The notes: generated by a model not told the origin, from the letters alone. A stretch of 64,000 bases of DNA from Paludibacteraceae bacterium (GCA_016302585.1 JAEDNI010000001.1:17412-81411), one strand, 5' to 3'; shown: positions 29,985 to 40,570, counted from the first letter of the stretch. Translations and numbers: made by a program.

Positions 29985-32027
29985 ATGAAAAAAATGTTTC
30001 TTTTGAGTGCAATCGTGCTGCTGATTGCCGGTTGCAATTCGGGCAGTCAAGTAGCGTCTACTATTGCTAAATCCGATCCTATTATGCCGATTCGAATGAG
30101 CGGCGAGACAACACATATTGTGTTAACCGATTATGTGCCTGTGCTGTATGGCAATCCGGAGCTATGGGAGGGTTTGAAATGGTCGACGGCAGATGCGATA
30201 GAGTGCGTAAATCTGCAGGGTTCACCGATCGTAGAGGAGATGGATATAGTGAGCCGCGACAACTCGCTTCACGCCTTGGTTTTTCTTGATAAAAGCGGTA
30301 GCTTCGCTATTCCCGTTTTGCCAGATAAACCGGTTAGACAAAATTTGATTTCATTGGGCTATGTAGAGGATAAACTGCAGGTAGGTTTTTGCGAACCGGT
30401 AAGCAATCCGAGTTTTGAGGCTTATATCCAAAATACTCTGATTGACCATACCTTATGGCAAGAGAACGAGGACGGAACGTGGACATTGGATCTGGATGGG
30501 TTACAGGTTACAGATAACGGGTTACAAGGACGCACCTATTTGCGGATTTATGCGGAGGATGAGACGTATCTGTTTAATGATTTATTGTTACCCTTGCAGG
30601 ACGGAAAGATCATTACCGACGCGGCGCAACTGAATCGTCATGACCAGCAGGCACAAGTATTATATTCCTTGATGATTGACCGTTTCTATAACGGCAATGC
30701 GTCTAACGACTGGAAGATGAACAGCGAAGAAGTGCTGGATATCGTCGATTATCAGGGCGGAGACATCGCTGGTATTACGGCAAAGATTGAGGAAGGATAT
30801 TTTGATCAGTTAGGCGTTAACACTCTATGGATCAGTCCGATAACCCAGAATCCATGGGATGCATGGGGATGCTATCCTTTCGAGCACGGCAATAAATACG
30901 ATAGTTCGAAAACGTATACGAAATTCAGCGGTTACCACGGTTACTGGCCTATCTATGCCACGCAGTTAGACAGTCGCTTTGCTACGCCGGAAGAGTTCCG
31001 CACCTTATTATCTACCGCACACGCGCATGGAATCAACGTGATCTTGGATTATGTAGCGAATCATATGCATATCAATTCTCCGACGCTGCAGGAGCACCCG
31101 GATTGGCATACCGATTCAATTCTACCGGACGGAAGACGTAACTTCGAGTTATGGGACGAAGCACGTTTGACAACTTGGTTCGACAAACATATCCCTACTC
31201 TGGATTTGGAGCGCCCGGAGGTATGCGAAGCCATGACCGACAGTGCCTTGTATTGGTTAGAGAACTACGAGTTAGACGGCTATCGTCACGATGCATGCAA
31301 GCATATCCCAGAGTCGTATTGGCGTATCTTAGGCCAGAAGATTGCAGCCCGTTGGCCGGGTAGACATATCTGGATGATCGGTGAGACGTACGGTAGTCCG
31401 GAGTTAATCGGCAGTTACGTAAAGAGCGGTATGCTGAATGCACAGTTTGACTTCAACGTCTATTTTACGACACGTGAGGCCTTATGTGGGTTAAAGGGCA
31501 TGAACGAAGTGGTAGAGAACGAGTTGACTTCGCTGCATACCTACGGAGCGCATCACACAATGGGAAATATCAGCGGCAATCATGACCAGATTCGTTTTGC
31601 GTCGATTGCAGGCGAGGCAATCGACCTGCACGCGAACGGCAAAGAGGAAGGCTGGACGCAAGAGATAGGTATCGGCGATGCGGAGAAAGCCTACAAACGT
31701 GCATTGCTTCTTGAGGTGATTAACATGACCTTGCCGGGTGTACCGTGTATCTATCAGGGCGACGAATACGGCGAAGTGGGAGCGAATGATCCGGATAACC
31801 GACATATGATGCGTTTTGAGGGTTTGAACGAAGCCGAGCAAGAGATGCGCGCGAAAGTAGCGGAATTGATTCAAATGCGTCGGAGTTCAATGCCGTTGCT
31901 ATATGGAGATTTCATTGTGCTGGAGAGCAACGAGGATGAGATCAAGTATGCGCGAATCTATTTAGGCAAAAAAGTAATTGTCACCATTAATCGCAAAGAA
32001 TTAAGCTATAATATTACAGAAGAATGA
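29985..32027 (+). CDS. GH13 alpha-amylase family lipoprotein with an N-terminal extra domain
   Basis: The true start gives the MKKMFLLSAIVLLIAGC lipobox. GH13 regions are DYVANHM, DGYRHDACKHI, IGETYG and SGNHDQ. The 105 upstream ORF codons are antisense to the MBL gene. Confidence 0.85.
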   Translation: MKKMFLLSAIVLLIAGCNSGSQVASTIAKSDPIMPIRMSGETTHIVLTDYVPVLYGNPELWEGLKWSTADAIECVNLQGSPIVEEMDIVSRDNSLHALVFLDKSGSFAIPVLPDKPVRQNLISLGYVEDKLQVGFCEPVSNPSFEAYIQNTLIDHTLWQENEDGTWTLDLDGLQVTDNGLQGRTYLRIYAEDETYLFNDLLLPLQDGKIITDAAQLNRHDQQAQVLYSLMIDRFYNGNASNDWKMNSEEVLDIVDYQGGDIAGITAKIEEGYFDQLGVNTLWISPITQNPWDAWGCYPFEHGNKYDSSKTYTKFSGYHGYWPIYATQLDSRFATPEEFRTLLSTAHAHGINVILDYVANHMHINSPTLQEHPDWHTDSILPDGRRNFELWDEARLTTWFDKHIPTLDLERPEVCEAMTDSALYWLENYELDGYRHDACKHIPESYWRILGQKIAARWPGRHIWMIGETYGSPELIGSYVKSGMLNAQFDFNVYFTTREALCGLKGMNEVVENELTSLHTYGAHHTMGNISGNHDQIRFASIAGEAIDLHANGKEEGWTQEIGIGDAEKAYKRALLLEVINMTLPGVPCIYQGDEYGEVGANDPDNRHMMRFEGLNEAEQEMRAKVAELIQMRRSSMPLLYGDFIVLESNEDEIKYARIYLGKKVIVTINRKELSYNITEE

Positions 32028-33364
32028 AAAAAAGTTTACTTTTTATTGCAGCGGCCTTGATGATGGTCAGCTGCGCACAAGAAGAGTTACGACACCCGAA
32101 ATGGGCGTATGACGCAACGATTTATGAGTTAAACACCCGTCAAGCGACAGAGGAAGGTACGTTTGCGGCTGCAGAAGCACTCCTCCCCACCCTTCGCGAG
32201 AACGGAATCGACATCATTTGGGTAATGCCTTGTCAGCCGATTGGCGTGATCACTCGCAAAGGAACGTTAGGCAGTTACTACTCGATTATCGACTACTGCG
32301 CGATCAATCCGGAGTTCGGTACCCGAAAAGACTTCGAGCATTTCCTCAAGGAAGCGCATAAGCAGGGCTTCAAGGTGATTCTGGACTGGGTAGCAAACCA
32401 CACTGCTCCGGATAGCGAGTGGACGAAGAACGATGGTTGGCATTATCGCGACAGCTTAGGCAACCTGATGGTTCAATATGACTGGACTGATATCAGTAAG
32501 TTGAATTATGAGAACCAGGACATGCGCGCCGAAATGCTGAAGGCAATGCATTGGTGGATGGACAGCATCGGTATCGACGGTTTCCGCTGCGACGTAGCGG
32601 GCGAAGTGCCGACGGACTTCTGGAACTGGGCAATGGGCGACCTGCGTAAGACCCACCCGGATATGTTCACCTTAGCGGAAGACGAGGACAAAGCACAAGA
32701 GTTAACCGAGAGCGCTTTTGATATGTATTACGGTTGGACGCTGCATCATCTCATGAACGAGGTAGCGCAAGGAAAGAAAGGCGTAGAGGATCTCTGGGCT
32801 TATTTCGCAAAAGTGGACACGACGATTCGTCCGGAAGCCATTCGTATGAACTTCATAACCAATCATGACGAAAACAGTTGGAATGGTACAGAGCAAGAAC
32901 GAATGAGCGATGCGGTTAATTTGTTTGCTGCCTTCTGCTATGTAGTACCTGGCATGCCGCTGATTTACACGGGTCAGTTAAGCGGGAACCATCATCGTCT
33001 GGAGTTCTTTGAGAAAGATATGATCGATAAGGACGAAGCCTATTCGCAAGCGGCATTGTATCAACAACTGAATGCATTACGTGTTCGTAACAAAGCGCTG
33101 TTCAGTCCTGAGGTTGGTGCCCCGATGACTCGTATCCCGGCGGACAACGAGGCTATCTTTGCTTGCGCTCGCATCAAAGAAGGCAAATGGCACACGAACA
33201 CCGTGATTGCCGTGATGAACATGAGTGGTGAAGAGCAGACCGTAACGCTGGATCTGACCGGTATGGACGGAAAATACCTCTGTACCTGCGGCAAGGAGAT
33301 CGAGTTAGCAGCAGAGCAAAGCTTCACGCTCCAGCCCTGGCAGTTTAAGATCTTGGAGAAATAA
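32024..33364 (+). CDS. GH13 alpha-amylase, lipoprotein
   Basis: MKKSLLFIAAALMMVSC, then DWVANHT, DGFRCDVAGEV, LAEDED and FITNHDENSW. Confidence 0.9.
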   Translation: MKKSLLFIAAALMMVSCAQEELRHPKWAYDATIYELNTRQATEEGTFAAAEALLPTLRENGIDIIWVMPCQPIGVITRKGTLGSYYSIIDYCAINPEFGTRKDFEHFLKEAHKQGFKVILDWVANHTAPDSEWTKNDGWHYRDSLGNLMVQYDWTDISKLNYENQDMRAEMLKAMHWWMDSIGIDGFRCDVAGEVPTDFWNWAMGDLRKTHPDMFTLAEDEDKAQELTESAFDMYYGWTLHHLMNEVAQGKKGVEDLWAYFAKVDTTIRPEAIRMNFITNHDENSWNGTEQERMSDAVNLFAAFCYVVPGMPLIYTGQLSGNHHRLEFFEKDMIDKDEAYSQAALYQQLNALRVRNKALFSPEVGAPMTRIPADNEAIFACARIKEGKWHTNTVIAVMNMSGEEQTVTLDLTGMDGKYLCTCGKEIELAAEQSFTLQPWQFKILEK

Positions 33365-33385
33365 GGTGTAAAGTTTAGAGTTTAT

Positions 33386-33418
33386 AATAAATCCCGAACC
33401 AACCGTTCGGGATTTATT
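33386..33418. terminator. Bidirectional intrinsic terminator (amylase / fabG convergent)
   Basis: A 14-bp stem, aataaatcccgaac / gttcgggatttatt, with loop caacc. Confidence 0.8.
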
Positions 33419-33420
33419 GT

Positions 33421-34173
33421 TTAAGCCATTGCTCCGTTTACTTGAATCACTTGTCCGGAGACGTAAGAAGAAAGATCTGAGGCCAGGAAGAGCGCTACTT
33501 TCGCTATTTCTTCGGGTTTACCCGCTCGGCGCATCGGAATGATGGAGACGAACTGGTTGCGTGTCTCCTCGTTCAAGGCTTCGGTCATATCGGTTAGGAT
33601 ATAACCCGGTGCAATCGCGTTGGCCCGAATACCACGCGGACCTAATTCCTTTGCGACCGATTTCATGAGGGCGATGATACCTGCTTTGGACGCGGCGTAG
33701 TTGGCTTGTCCGGCATTGCCGTTGATGCCTACGACGGAACTGAGGGAGATGATGGAACCGCTGCGTTGACGCATCATGATAGGCGTAACCGCATGCGTGA
33801 AGTTAAAGACCGACTTAAGGTTGACATCGATCACTTGGTCCCATTGTTGCTCGGTCATGCGCATGAGTAAGGTATCTTGCGTGATGCCCGCATTATTGAC
33901 CAGGATATCGAGGTGACCATAGTCTTTGACAACCTGATTGACGACCTCTTGCGCTGCTGCAAAATCGGCGGCATTAGACGGATAGAACTGCACTCTGACA
34001 CCCAATTGCGTCAGTTCTTCGCGTGTAGCGATAGCGTGCTCGTTAAGCGATCGACCCGTGAAGGCGATTTGTGCTCCTTCACGCGCAAACGCCAAGGCAA
34101 TCTGTTTTCCTATTCCTCGTGTAGCGCCCGTGATGAGGGCCACTTTATTTTCTAACAACATAGATGATGGCAT
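33421..34173 (-). CDS. fabG: 3-oxoacyl-[acyl-carrier-protein] reductase
   Basis: ITGATRGIGKQIA, NNAG, and the YAASKAG catalytic motif. 250 aa. Confidence 0.9.
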   Translation of the reverse strand: MPSSMLLENKVALITGATRGIGKQIALAFAREGAQIAFTGRSLNEHAIATREELTQLGVRVQFYPSNAADFAAAQEVVNQVVKDYGHLDILVNNAGITQDTLLMRMTEQQWDQVIDVNLKSVFNFTHAVTPIMMRQRSGSIISLSSVVGINGNAGQANYAASKAGIIALMKSVAKELGPRGIRANAIAPGYILTDMTEALNEETRNQFVSIIPMRRAGKPEEIAKVALFLASDLSSYVSGQVIQVNGAMA

Positions 34174-34740
34174 TTAATCTTCGTTAATGGGGAAGACTCC
34201 GGTAGGATTGAGTATGGTATATTGACTCATCTCTTCGTTAGAATCGAAGCCTACACCATAGATGATACTCTTCTCGCGGGTGATATGAATCGTTGTATCC
34301 GAATAGACGCGATGGGTCTTCTGGTTCCAAAACAGGAGCGGCGTATCGAACTGTTCGCCTTTGCGATTGAGAGCATGCACGTTTCCACGTAACATCCATA
34401 TCTGACTATTCTCATCGTAATGGGCGTAATCCGCTTCCAGCAAAGCTTGTACCGTCAGGTTGATATCGAACTGCTCGAGATAGACGCCTTTGGGAAACTC
34501 CTGATAGGGAGGATCGGTCTTATCATATACCAACCATTGGGGGGAAGAGATACGATAGCGCGTGATGCCGGAATCTGAGATAAGGGTAGTCACACTATCC
34601 GTCCACAGCGCCGCAATCTCTTGCCGCGACTCTGTCTCTTCACTTCCGATAGACTTATCGGAGCAAGCGAGCAGAAACATAGCGAGCACCCCAAGGATGC
34701 TCGCCATGCTTAGCTTATCGAATAACCGTGGTCTCACCAA
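34174..34740 (-). CDS. lptC: LPS export periplasmic protein LptC-like
   Basis: 188 aa with an N-terminal anchor. The OstA-like pattern (...YQEFPKGVYLEQFD...LFWNQKTHRVYSD...) matches Bacteroidales LptC as I recall it. Confidence 0.6.
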   Translation of the reverse strand: MVRPRLFDKLSMASILGVLAMFLLACSDKSIGSEETESRQEIAALWTDSVTTLISDSGITRYRISSPQWLVYDKTDPPYQEFPKGVYLEQFDINLTVQALLEADYAHYDENSQIWMLRGNVHALNRKGEQFDTPLLFWNQKTHRVYSDTTIHITREKSIIYGVGFDSNEEMSQYTILNPTGVFPINED

Positions 34741-36130
34741 TCCAACCTCCTACGTAGTAGGTCGATCCAGAGAACTCATTCGGCAAGTCGAAACGCTCCT
34801 CTTTGGAGGGGAAGTACTTGCTATATGAGTTGATGAACTCGTTCGCTTGAACTTCTACCGACGGATCTACTTGTTTTGCCTTCACGAACTTATCTACAGC
34901 AGCCCAATAAACGGTCTTATTCAAGATACGACCCTTAGCATCCTGCGGATAGAGTTGCGTGGACGCGTAGCACATACCGATGATGATATAGCAACGACCC
35001 TGACCTTTGTTCAGACCCAGACTCTGGAGGGAAGCGATCGAAGCCAACGCGTACTTACGTGCCTCAGCGTATTTCTTGAGGTTGCTATAGCTGTAGAACG
35101 CTGCGTTGTACTGATAGTCCGCAACATCCTCAAGAGCATCCTCTTCCATAGCCAGTTTGATAGCCTGGTCGTAGTACGAGATAGCTGCCTCGTAGTCACC
35201 TTTCTTAGCGGCCATGGAAGCACAACCCGCTGCGGTCTCTGCGGTCGGCTGCAGTTTATGCGCCAATTCGCAAGCCTCGAAGTACACATCACTTTCGGTG
35301 CAACGAACGCGCTTGTACAGTTTTGCGATCTTCTGCAGCATATCGAGGTTCGCGCTGTTTTCCTTCACAGCAGCCGCATAGATCTCATCTAACTTCGAGC
35401 AATCAGCAGCTCCGGAGATAGCGAAGATATTATCTACATAATCCTTCTGCTTGCCTGCAATCTCTGCATTTTTATTATTCGGGTTGGTAGCTTGCTCGTT
35501 GAGAAGCGAGGAAGCAATCTCATAGTCTGCGATGAACTGCTCAGCCAAAGCGTTCGGATTCTCTTTATAGAGCGCATAGGAAACATCTACGAGTTTCACG
35601 AGCACCATGATCTTGCTAGCCGGCCCCATGCCTTCTGCCGATTGGCGTAAGCACTCGCGTGCCTCTTTGAGTTTGGTATCTCCGAAGAAATCGATATAAG
35701 CCAGACCCTTCTCTCCCAAGATATAGGACTTCGGATACTTCGGATCGTTGCCGAAATACTTGATACGCTTGTCCTGCATCTCAATAGCGAGGTTCGCCAA
35801 ACGTGCTTTCTCCGCTGCATCGGTCGTAGCGCCATAGAGGGCCTCTACGATCTTTGCTCCATCGGAATAGATGGACTTATTGGCATTCGGGCAGTGCTGA
35901 TACACATCCCACCACGGTTCATACGCATCGGCATACATCTTATTCTTTACCGACTCGTGGAAAAGGGATACATTCACAACGCACTCTTCGGTGATCGTCG
36001 GTTCTTCTTCCTCCACTACAGGAGCAGCCTCAGCCGCAGCGGGAGCAGCAGGAGTCTTCGGTTTCTTCGCGCAAGCCAGCGCTGGAACAGCCGCTGCTAA
36101 CGCTACTACAAGTAAACTTTTGAATTTCAT
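34715..36130 (-). CDS. TPR-like repeat lipoprotein, hypothetical
   Basis: Lipobox VPALACAKK, a Pro/Ala/Glu linker, and helical-repeat composition. Codon usage looks like a highly expressed gene. Confidence 0.6.
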   Translation of the reverse strand: MKFKSLLVVALAAAVPALACAKKPKTPAAPAAAEAAPVVEEEEPTITEECVVNVSLFHESVKNKMYADAYEPWWDVYQHCPNANKSIYSDGAKIVEALYGATTDAAEKARLANLAIEMQDKRIKYFGNDPKYPKSYILGEKGLAYIDFFGDTKLKEARECLRQSAEGMGPASKIMVLVKLVDVSYALYKENPNALAEQFIADYEIASSLLNEQATNPNNKNAEIAGKQKDYVDNIFAISGAADCSKLDEIYAAAVKENSANLDMLQKIAKLYKRVRCTESDVYFEACELAHKLQPTAETAAGCASMAAKKGDYEAAISYYDQAIKLAMEEDALEDVADYQYNAAFYSYSNLKKYAEARKYALASIASLQSLGLNKGQGRCYIIIGMCYASTQLYPQDAKGRILNKTVYWAAVDKFVKAKQVDPSVEVQANEFINSYSKYFPSKEERFDLPNEFSGSTYYVGGWIGETTVIR

Positions 36131-36193
36131 AATCGTTGTATTTTAGTTTAATTCTGAATATTCTGAGGATTCCGGTTCAAAATTCATGCCAAA

Positions 36194-37420
36194 CTATAAT
36201 TTGCGCTTAAAGAACCAGTTCTCGGCGATGGAAGCGCCTATGGTAAATCGCAGGCTATTGTCTTCCAATCCTGCGGGATTACCGCGATGGGTGTATTCGA
36301 TCGTGGTATTGATAACTGTACCTACCGACCAGAGCGGAAAACCGAGACCGATGCTGGCAGTTATCTTCTTTCCTCCCACTATTGCCACGTACTCATCTTG
36401 GATGTTAATACCTGCGCGCCAAAGCATTCGTTCCGCATAATTACGTCCAACGGGGTTATGGCGATACTCGACGCCAAAAGAATAGCGGTTTCGATCACGC
36501 AAGCCACTGGCACTACCCGGTTCACCTCCATACATGGCCGAAGCCATATATATACGTTCGTAATCGAAGGCCAGTGTCAAGCGGTTCGCCCAATTATAAC
36601 TACCTCCGACACCCCACATCATCGGCAGTTGCCATCCTCCGGAGATAACATAGACCGTATCGCCTTGAGTCTCAAACAACTGCAGTTCACTATGGAGTTT
36701 GAGTTTGGGCTCGAAGACCGCACCGAGACTGAATGCATGTTTCTCCCAGCGATGGAAGAACTGCGCTCCCGCACGGAAACGGACGTTGCTCACACTCAGG
36801 TTCTCATATTGGATGGTAGAGTTCACATTGGATTCGGTAAAGGACAACATACGCATGTGACTCAGTTCGCCCCACATATAATAGACATTCGCACCCAACG
36901 CAAACCAGTTACAGATATTAAAACTCAAACCGCCATACACCTGGCTGATGTTTCCTTCGCCGCCATAGTTTACCGTATAATGATATCCTCCTCCGGCCGT
37001 AGAGTCCGAAATAGAGATGTCGTATCCGACGGAACTATAGGGCTGCAAACCGATGGACATCGCAATCCATTGTTTATAGAGCGGGAACTGCATGGTGACA
37101 TACTCGAGGTTTCCGTTAGCTTTGTTCTTCTTTCCTCCCACATCTTTATATCGGCTCCAATTAGCACTGGCGGCAATATCAAACATGAAGGTAAGGGTAT
37201 CACAGGCCGTGTAAGAAGCCGGCTGAGCAGGGTTGATAGCGCGATTATTACGCATACCGTAACCCACCCCGCCCATGGCGCGATAGCCTACCGGCACGTT
37301 ATCATTCATATCTCCATAGGCATAACGGGAGAAAGGCGAACTCGTCAGATTCTGGGCTGCCACTCCGATGGTCCATGCCAAGGCGAAGAGGAGTAAAAAT
37401 ATTTTCTTATTTTTTATCAT
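36194..37420 (-). CDS. Outer-membrane beta-barrel protein, hypothetical (porin/FadL-like)
   Basis: Signal peptide MIKNKKIFLLLFALAWTIGVAAQ. Gly/aromatic-rich alternating strands. Confidence 0.55.
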   Translation of the reverse strand: MIKNKKIFLLLFALAWTIGVAAQNLTSSPFSRYAYGDMNDNVPVGYRAMGGVGYGMRNNRAINPAQPASYTACDTLTFMFDIAASANWSRYKDVGGKKNKANGNLEYVTMQFPLYKQWIAMSIGLQPYSSVGYDISISDSTAGGGYHYTVNYGGEGNISQVYGGLSFNICNWFALGANVYYMWGELSHMRMLSFTESNVNSTIQYENLSVSNVRFRAGAQFFHRWEKHAFSLGAVFEPKLKLHSELQLFETQGDTVYVISGGWQLPMMWGVGGSYNWANRLTLAFDYERIYMASAMYGGEPGSASGLRDRNRYSFGVEYRHNPVGRNYAERMLWRAGINIQDEYVAIVGGKKITASIGLGFPLWSVGTVINTTIEYTHRGNPAGLEDNSLRFTIGASIAENWFFKRKL

Positions 37421-37440
37421 GTCGATAGGACGACCTTATA

Positions 37441-38193
37441 TCACTGTTTATTAAATCTCAAAATCTCATTCAGGCCAATCAGCACCAGGTATTTCTCGTG
37501 ATGCATCGCTCGGTTCTCTGTGCGCGAAGTCCGCACGTTATTGAGGATATAGGATGCATGGCCGCCTGTGAGATAGGTCTGAAAATGCGGCACTTTCTCT
37601 CGTAATGTTCGCATATATCCTTTCACCTCATATGCCACACCTCGTACCACTCCTGCTGCTATCGCATCGCGGGTGTTCTTGCCGAAGAGCGGAATGAGTT
37701 CATTCTCATCCACCTCGACGAGAGGCAGTTTCTTCGTCATTCGCTGCAGAATCGTCAAACGCATCTTCAGTCCCGGCGCGATGTTGCCCCCCAGATATTC
37801 CCCTGCTTCGGAAACGAAGTCGTAGGTGATGGCCGAGCCTGCATCGATGATAAGCAGGTTCTCATTCGGGCAGAGACTTTTCGCTCCCACGGCCGCCGCT
37901 AAACGATCCTGACCCAACGTTTGGGGCGTATCGTAGCGATTGATAATCGGCACAGGTGTATTATGATCAAAGAGAACAAAATGCTGCGAGCGGCGATGGA
38001 GGGTATTGACAATAGCCGGCTCAATATTGACCACCGAACTGATTATCGAATCCCGGATATCGTACAGATCCAGCAACCGCTCTACATCGGCCGAGGAGAA
38101 GGACTTATAGATGAACTGGTTGATCATCGTGCCCTCATCCGTCATGAGCGCTACTTTGGTGCGACTATTTCCCTGGTCGATACAGAGGTTCAT
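37441..38193 (-). CDS. coaX: Type III pantothenate kinase
   Basis: MNLCIDQGNSRTK ... IIDAGSAITYD motifs. 250 aa. Confidence 0.85.
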   Translation of the reverse strand: MNLCIDQGNSRTKVALMTDEGTMINQFIYKSFSSADVERLLDLYDIRDSIISSVVNIEPAIVNTLHRRSQHFVLFDHNTPVPIINRYDTPQTLGQDRLAAAVGAKSLCPNENLLIIDAGSAITYDFVSEAGEYLGGNIAPGLKMRLTILQRMTKKLPLVEVDENELIPLFGKNTRDAIAAGVVRGVAYEVKGYMRTLREKVPHFQTYLTGGHASYILNNVRTSRTENRAMHHEKYLVLIGLNEILRFNKQ

Positions 38194-38196
38194 AGC

Positions 38197-39873
38197 TTAT
38201 ACCATGTTGGTATAGAGGAAACGCTTGATGGATTTCTTCGGCGTCTTCTCGAACTCATGTGGATAAAGTTTGACGATAGAAATCTGTTCGTACGCAGCCA
38301 ACTCGGAGTTCACTTGCTTACGCGAGTCTTCCATCAGTTCATCCAGTTGCTCACGCGTCAATCCGCTGGCATCCACTTCGTTATAATCCGGACAGATCAA
38401 CGCCACGAGACGGTTATCTTCCTGTTGCAGCACTAATGACTCGAGCACGAACGGCATATTGTTAATCTTCGCCTCAATTTCCTCCGGGTATATATTCTGT
38501 CCACTCGGACCAAGGAGCATGGTCTTACAACGGCCTTTGATATAGAGGAAGCCATCGCTATCAAGGCAACCGAGGTCACCCGTACGCAGCCAACCGTCCT
38601 CCGTAAAGGCATCTTTGGTAGCATCGGGTTTCTTGTAATAGCCTTGCATGGTATTCTCGCCACGAACGACTATCTCACCTATGCCTTCTTCATTCGGATT
38701 GAGGATCTTTACCTCCATGATACCCTCCAACGGCTTACCGCACGAACCCAATTTACTGCCTTCATCATAGGGAGTGAAGGTAATCAGCGGCGCGCACTCG
38801 GTCATACCGAAGCCAACCGACATCGGGAATTTGATGCGATAGAGGAAAGCTTCTACCTCCGGGTTCAAGGGAGCTCCTCCGATAATCATCTGCTTGAATT
38901 CACCTCCGAACGCCTCTATCAGTTGCTCGCGAATCTTCGAGCATACCACCTCGTCCAGGAACGGCACTTTCAGCACCCAGCTTACAGGCGGTTTCTGGAT
39001 CTGCGGCACAATCATCTTCTTATAAATCTTCTCGAGAATCAAGGGCACGGAGAGGATAATGGTCGGTTTGATCTCAGCAAACGCCTTCAACAGAATCTTC
39101 GGAGACGGAGTACGACCTACAAGATAGGTATGACCTCCGGCAGACAAGCAGGCGAGGAAATCGAAGGCACAGCCATAAGCATGGGCAAGCGGCAGGAAGG
39201 TCACGTGACGACTTTCGGTGCTAACCAGATGATGCTCCATGGCATAACGGATGTTACCCGCAAGACCGTTCAGCGGCATGACAACACCTTTACTGAAACC
39301 GGTCGTACCACTGGTATAGTTAATCGAACCGATTTGGTCATTACCACGCTCGTCGAACTGGACATCCTTCGCCCAATAACCCTCGGGATGTTTCGCTTTG
39401 AAGAGCTGCGCAATAGCTTCGTAGTTAATCATCTTCGGATCCAATGCCAATGAGATAGGATGCCAATCGTTCAGACTAACGGCAACCAACACCTTCGGAA
39501 TCTGATCCAAATCAATACCCTCCCAGTTGATATCGCTGATAAAGAGCAGCTTCGACTCGGAGTGGTTAATGATATGAATGGCATCATTGGCCCGGAAATC
39601 CTGAAGGATCGGCACGATGATGGCACCATATGTAATCGTAGCCAGATAAACCGCCACCCAGTTGCTGTTGTTGCGCCCCATCACAGCGATCTTATCATTC
39701 TTCTTCACTCCGCACGCCTTGAAGAGGATGTGCAGTTTCTCGATATTAATGGCCAACTGGCCGTAGGTTAAGGTCACATCTGTGTCATAGTCGGTCACAG
39801 CAGGGCGTTCCCAGTTATCACGCAAGGCACGCTCAAAGATCTTAACAAAATTGTATTTTTCGTCCGTCATCAT
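38197..39873 (-). CDS. AMP-dependent synthetase / long-chain-fatty-acid--CoA ligase
   Basis: AMP-binding motif YTSGTTGFSKGV, plus GWLRTGDLG and IKGRCK. Confidence 0.85.
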   Translation of the reverse strand: MMTDEKYNFVKIFERALRDNWERPAVTDYDTDVTLTYGQLAINIEKLHILFKACGVKKNDKIAVMGRNNSNWVAVYLATITYGAIIVPILQDFRANDAIHIINHSESKLLFISDINWEGIDLDQIPKVLVAVSLNDWHPISLALDPKMINYEAIAQLFKAKHPEGYWAKDVQFDERGNDQIGSINYTSGTTGFSKGVVMPLNGLAGNIRYAMEHHLVSTESRHVTFLPLAHAYGCAFDFLACLSAGGHTYLVGRTPSPKILLKAFAEIKPTIILSVPLILEKIYKKMIVPQIQKPPVSWVLKVPFLDEVVCSKIREQLIEAFGGEFKQMIIGGAPLNPEVEAFLYRIKFPMSVGFGMTECAPLITFTPYDEGSKLGSCGKPLEGIMEVKILNPNEEGIGEIVVRGENTMQGYYKKPDATKDAFTEDGWLRTGDLGCLDSDGFLYIKGRCKTMLLGPSGQNIYPEEIEAKINNMPFVLESLVLQQEDNRLVALICPDYNEVDASGLTREQLDELMEDSRKQVNSELAAYEQISIVKLYPHEFEKTPKKSIKRFLYTNMV

Positions 39874-39877
39874 AACA

Positions 39878-40315
39878 TTAATCTATTATAGGTAGTGTAT
39901 TAGTAATCGGAATGATATGCTCCGAAGCGGAGCCGGAGTGCATATACGAGACGCTATCGACCACGTACTGGCTGTTACCACGCCATGGCAATGTACCCAG
40001 ATAACGCTTCCAATGCAATTTAACACCTACGCTCGAGCCCTCCTCCAGTTGACGTGCCACGCGCTCGCTAGCCACAGAGAACTTCAACTCATTGGACTGC
40101 AGGTTTCCGCCCTTTGGCGCCTTAAACCCAGTCAGAATCATCTTACCCTCATAGGTCTTAAAGATAAAACCCTCTTTCTGGAAATAATTGATATCGCCTT
40201 CATTCACGCCCTCGCTATAGACAAAGCAGAACTTAAAAAAGATAAATCCCGCTATCAGGAGCACCAATCCCAGCGACAAGGATGTCCACACAATGATTTT
40301 CGTTTTCTTTTCCAT
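39878..40315 (-). CDS. Hypothetical membrane-anchored protein
   Basis: 145 aa with a single N-terminal TM segment (IIVWTSLSLGLVLLIAGFIFF). It has its own promoter upstream. Confidence 0.5.
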   Translation of the reverse strand: MEKKTKIIVWTSLSLGLVLLIAGFIFFKFCFVYSEGVNEGDINYFQKEGFIFKTYEGKMILTGFKAPKGGNLQSNELKFSVASERVARQLEEGSSVGVKLHWKRYLGTLPWRGNSQYVVDSVSYMHSGSASEHIIPITNTLPIID

Positions 40316-40367
40316 ACTATATCGCGCATTCTTATCGAATGTACACTATAAATAATAAAATCGGCTG

Positions 40368-40399
40368 CAAAGATACAACTTTTTTTTTACATAAACAAG
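40368..40399 (-). promoter_or_regulatory. Promoter (-33 TTG / -7 TATCTTTG) for the operon starting at 40315
   Basis: The minus strand reads CTTGtttatgtaaaaaaaagttgTATCTTTGcagccgatttt. Confidence 0.7.
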
Positions 40400-40435
40400 C
40401 GCGCACACATATTTTTTGAAAAAAGTGCATTTTAT

Positions 40436-40466
40436 TTGCATATATAAAAAAAAAGCAGTACTTTTG
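40436..40466 (+). promoter_or_regulatory. Promoter (-33 TTG / -7 TACTTTTG) for metK
   Basis: tTTGcatatataaaaaaaaagcagTACTTTTGcacccgattt. Confidence 0.7.
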
Positions 40467-40472
40467 CACCCG

Positions 40473-40570
40473 ATTTCGATCACGAGGATGGATTTGACTG
40501 CTTGCAACCTCGTTAAAACAATGCTAAAACTTGTGCCGCAAGCTTAAACAGTCGCTTGTGGTTATTTTTT
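40473..40570 (+). promoter_or_regulatory. Structured metK leader, a candidate SAM-responsive riboswitch (SAM-II-like pseudoknot plus terminator)
   Basis: P1 pairs 40482-40487 (acgagg) with 40508-40513 (cctcgt). Loop GCUUGC (40500-40505) is complementary to GCAAGC (40538-40543), which is also the left arm of a terminator hairpin. GAUUU, GCUU and AAGCUUAAA strings are reminiscent of SAM-II. Confidence 0.45.
40536..40570 (+). terminator. Leader (attenuator) terminator upstream of metK
   Basis: An 8-bp stem, CCGCAAGC / GCUUGUGG, with a 10-nt loop followed by UUAUUUUUU. It lies 19 nt before the metK ATG. Confidence 0.6.

Noticed and set aside
36287-37396. 369-aa ORF on the + strand
   Set aside because: It is entirely antisense to the signal-peptide-bearing beta-barrel gene 36194..37420. 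It has Arg/His/Thr-rich composition, no promoter and no recognisable motif. This is a typical stop-free shadow frame.
38644-39453. 269-aa ORF on the + strand
   Set aside because: It is antisense to the AMP-binding acyl-CoA ligase gene. Shadow ORF.
40473-40570. SAM-I (S-box) riboswitch assignment for the metK leader
   Set aside because: The leader is too short for a four-way junction, and it lacks the conserved S-box strings apart from a fortuitous GCAACC. I report only a pseudoknot-type candidate.
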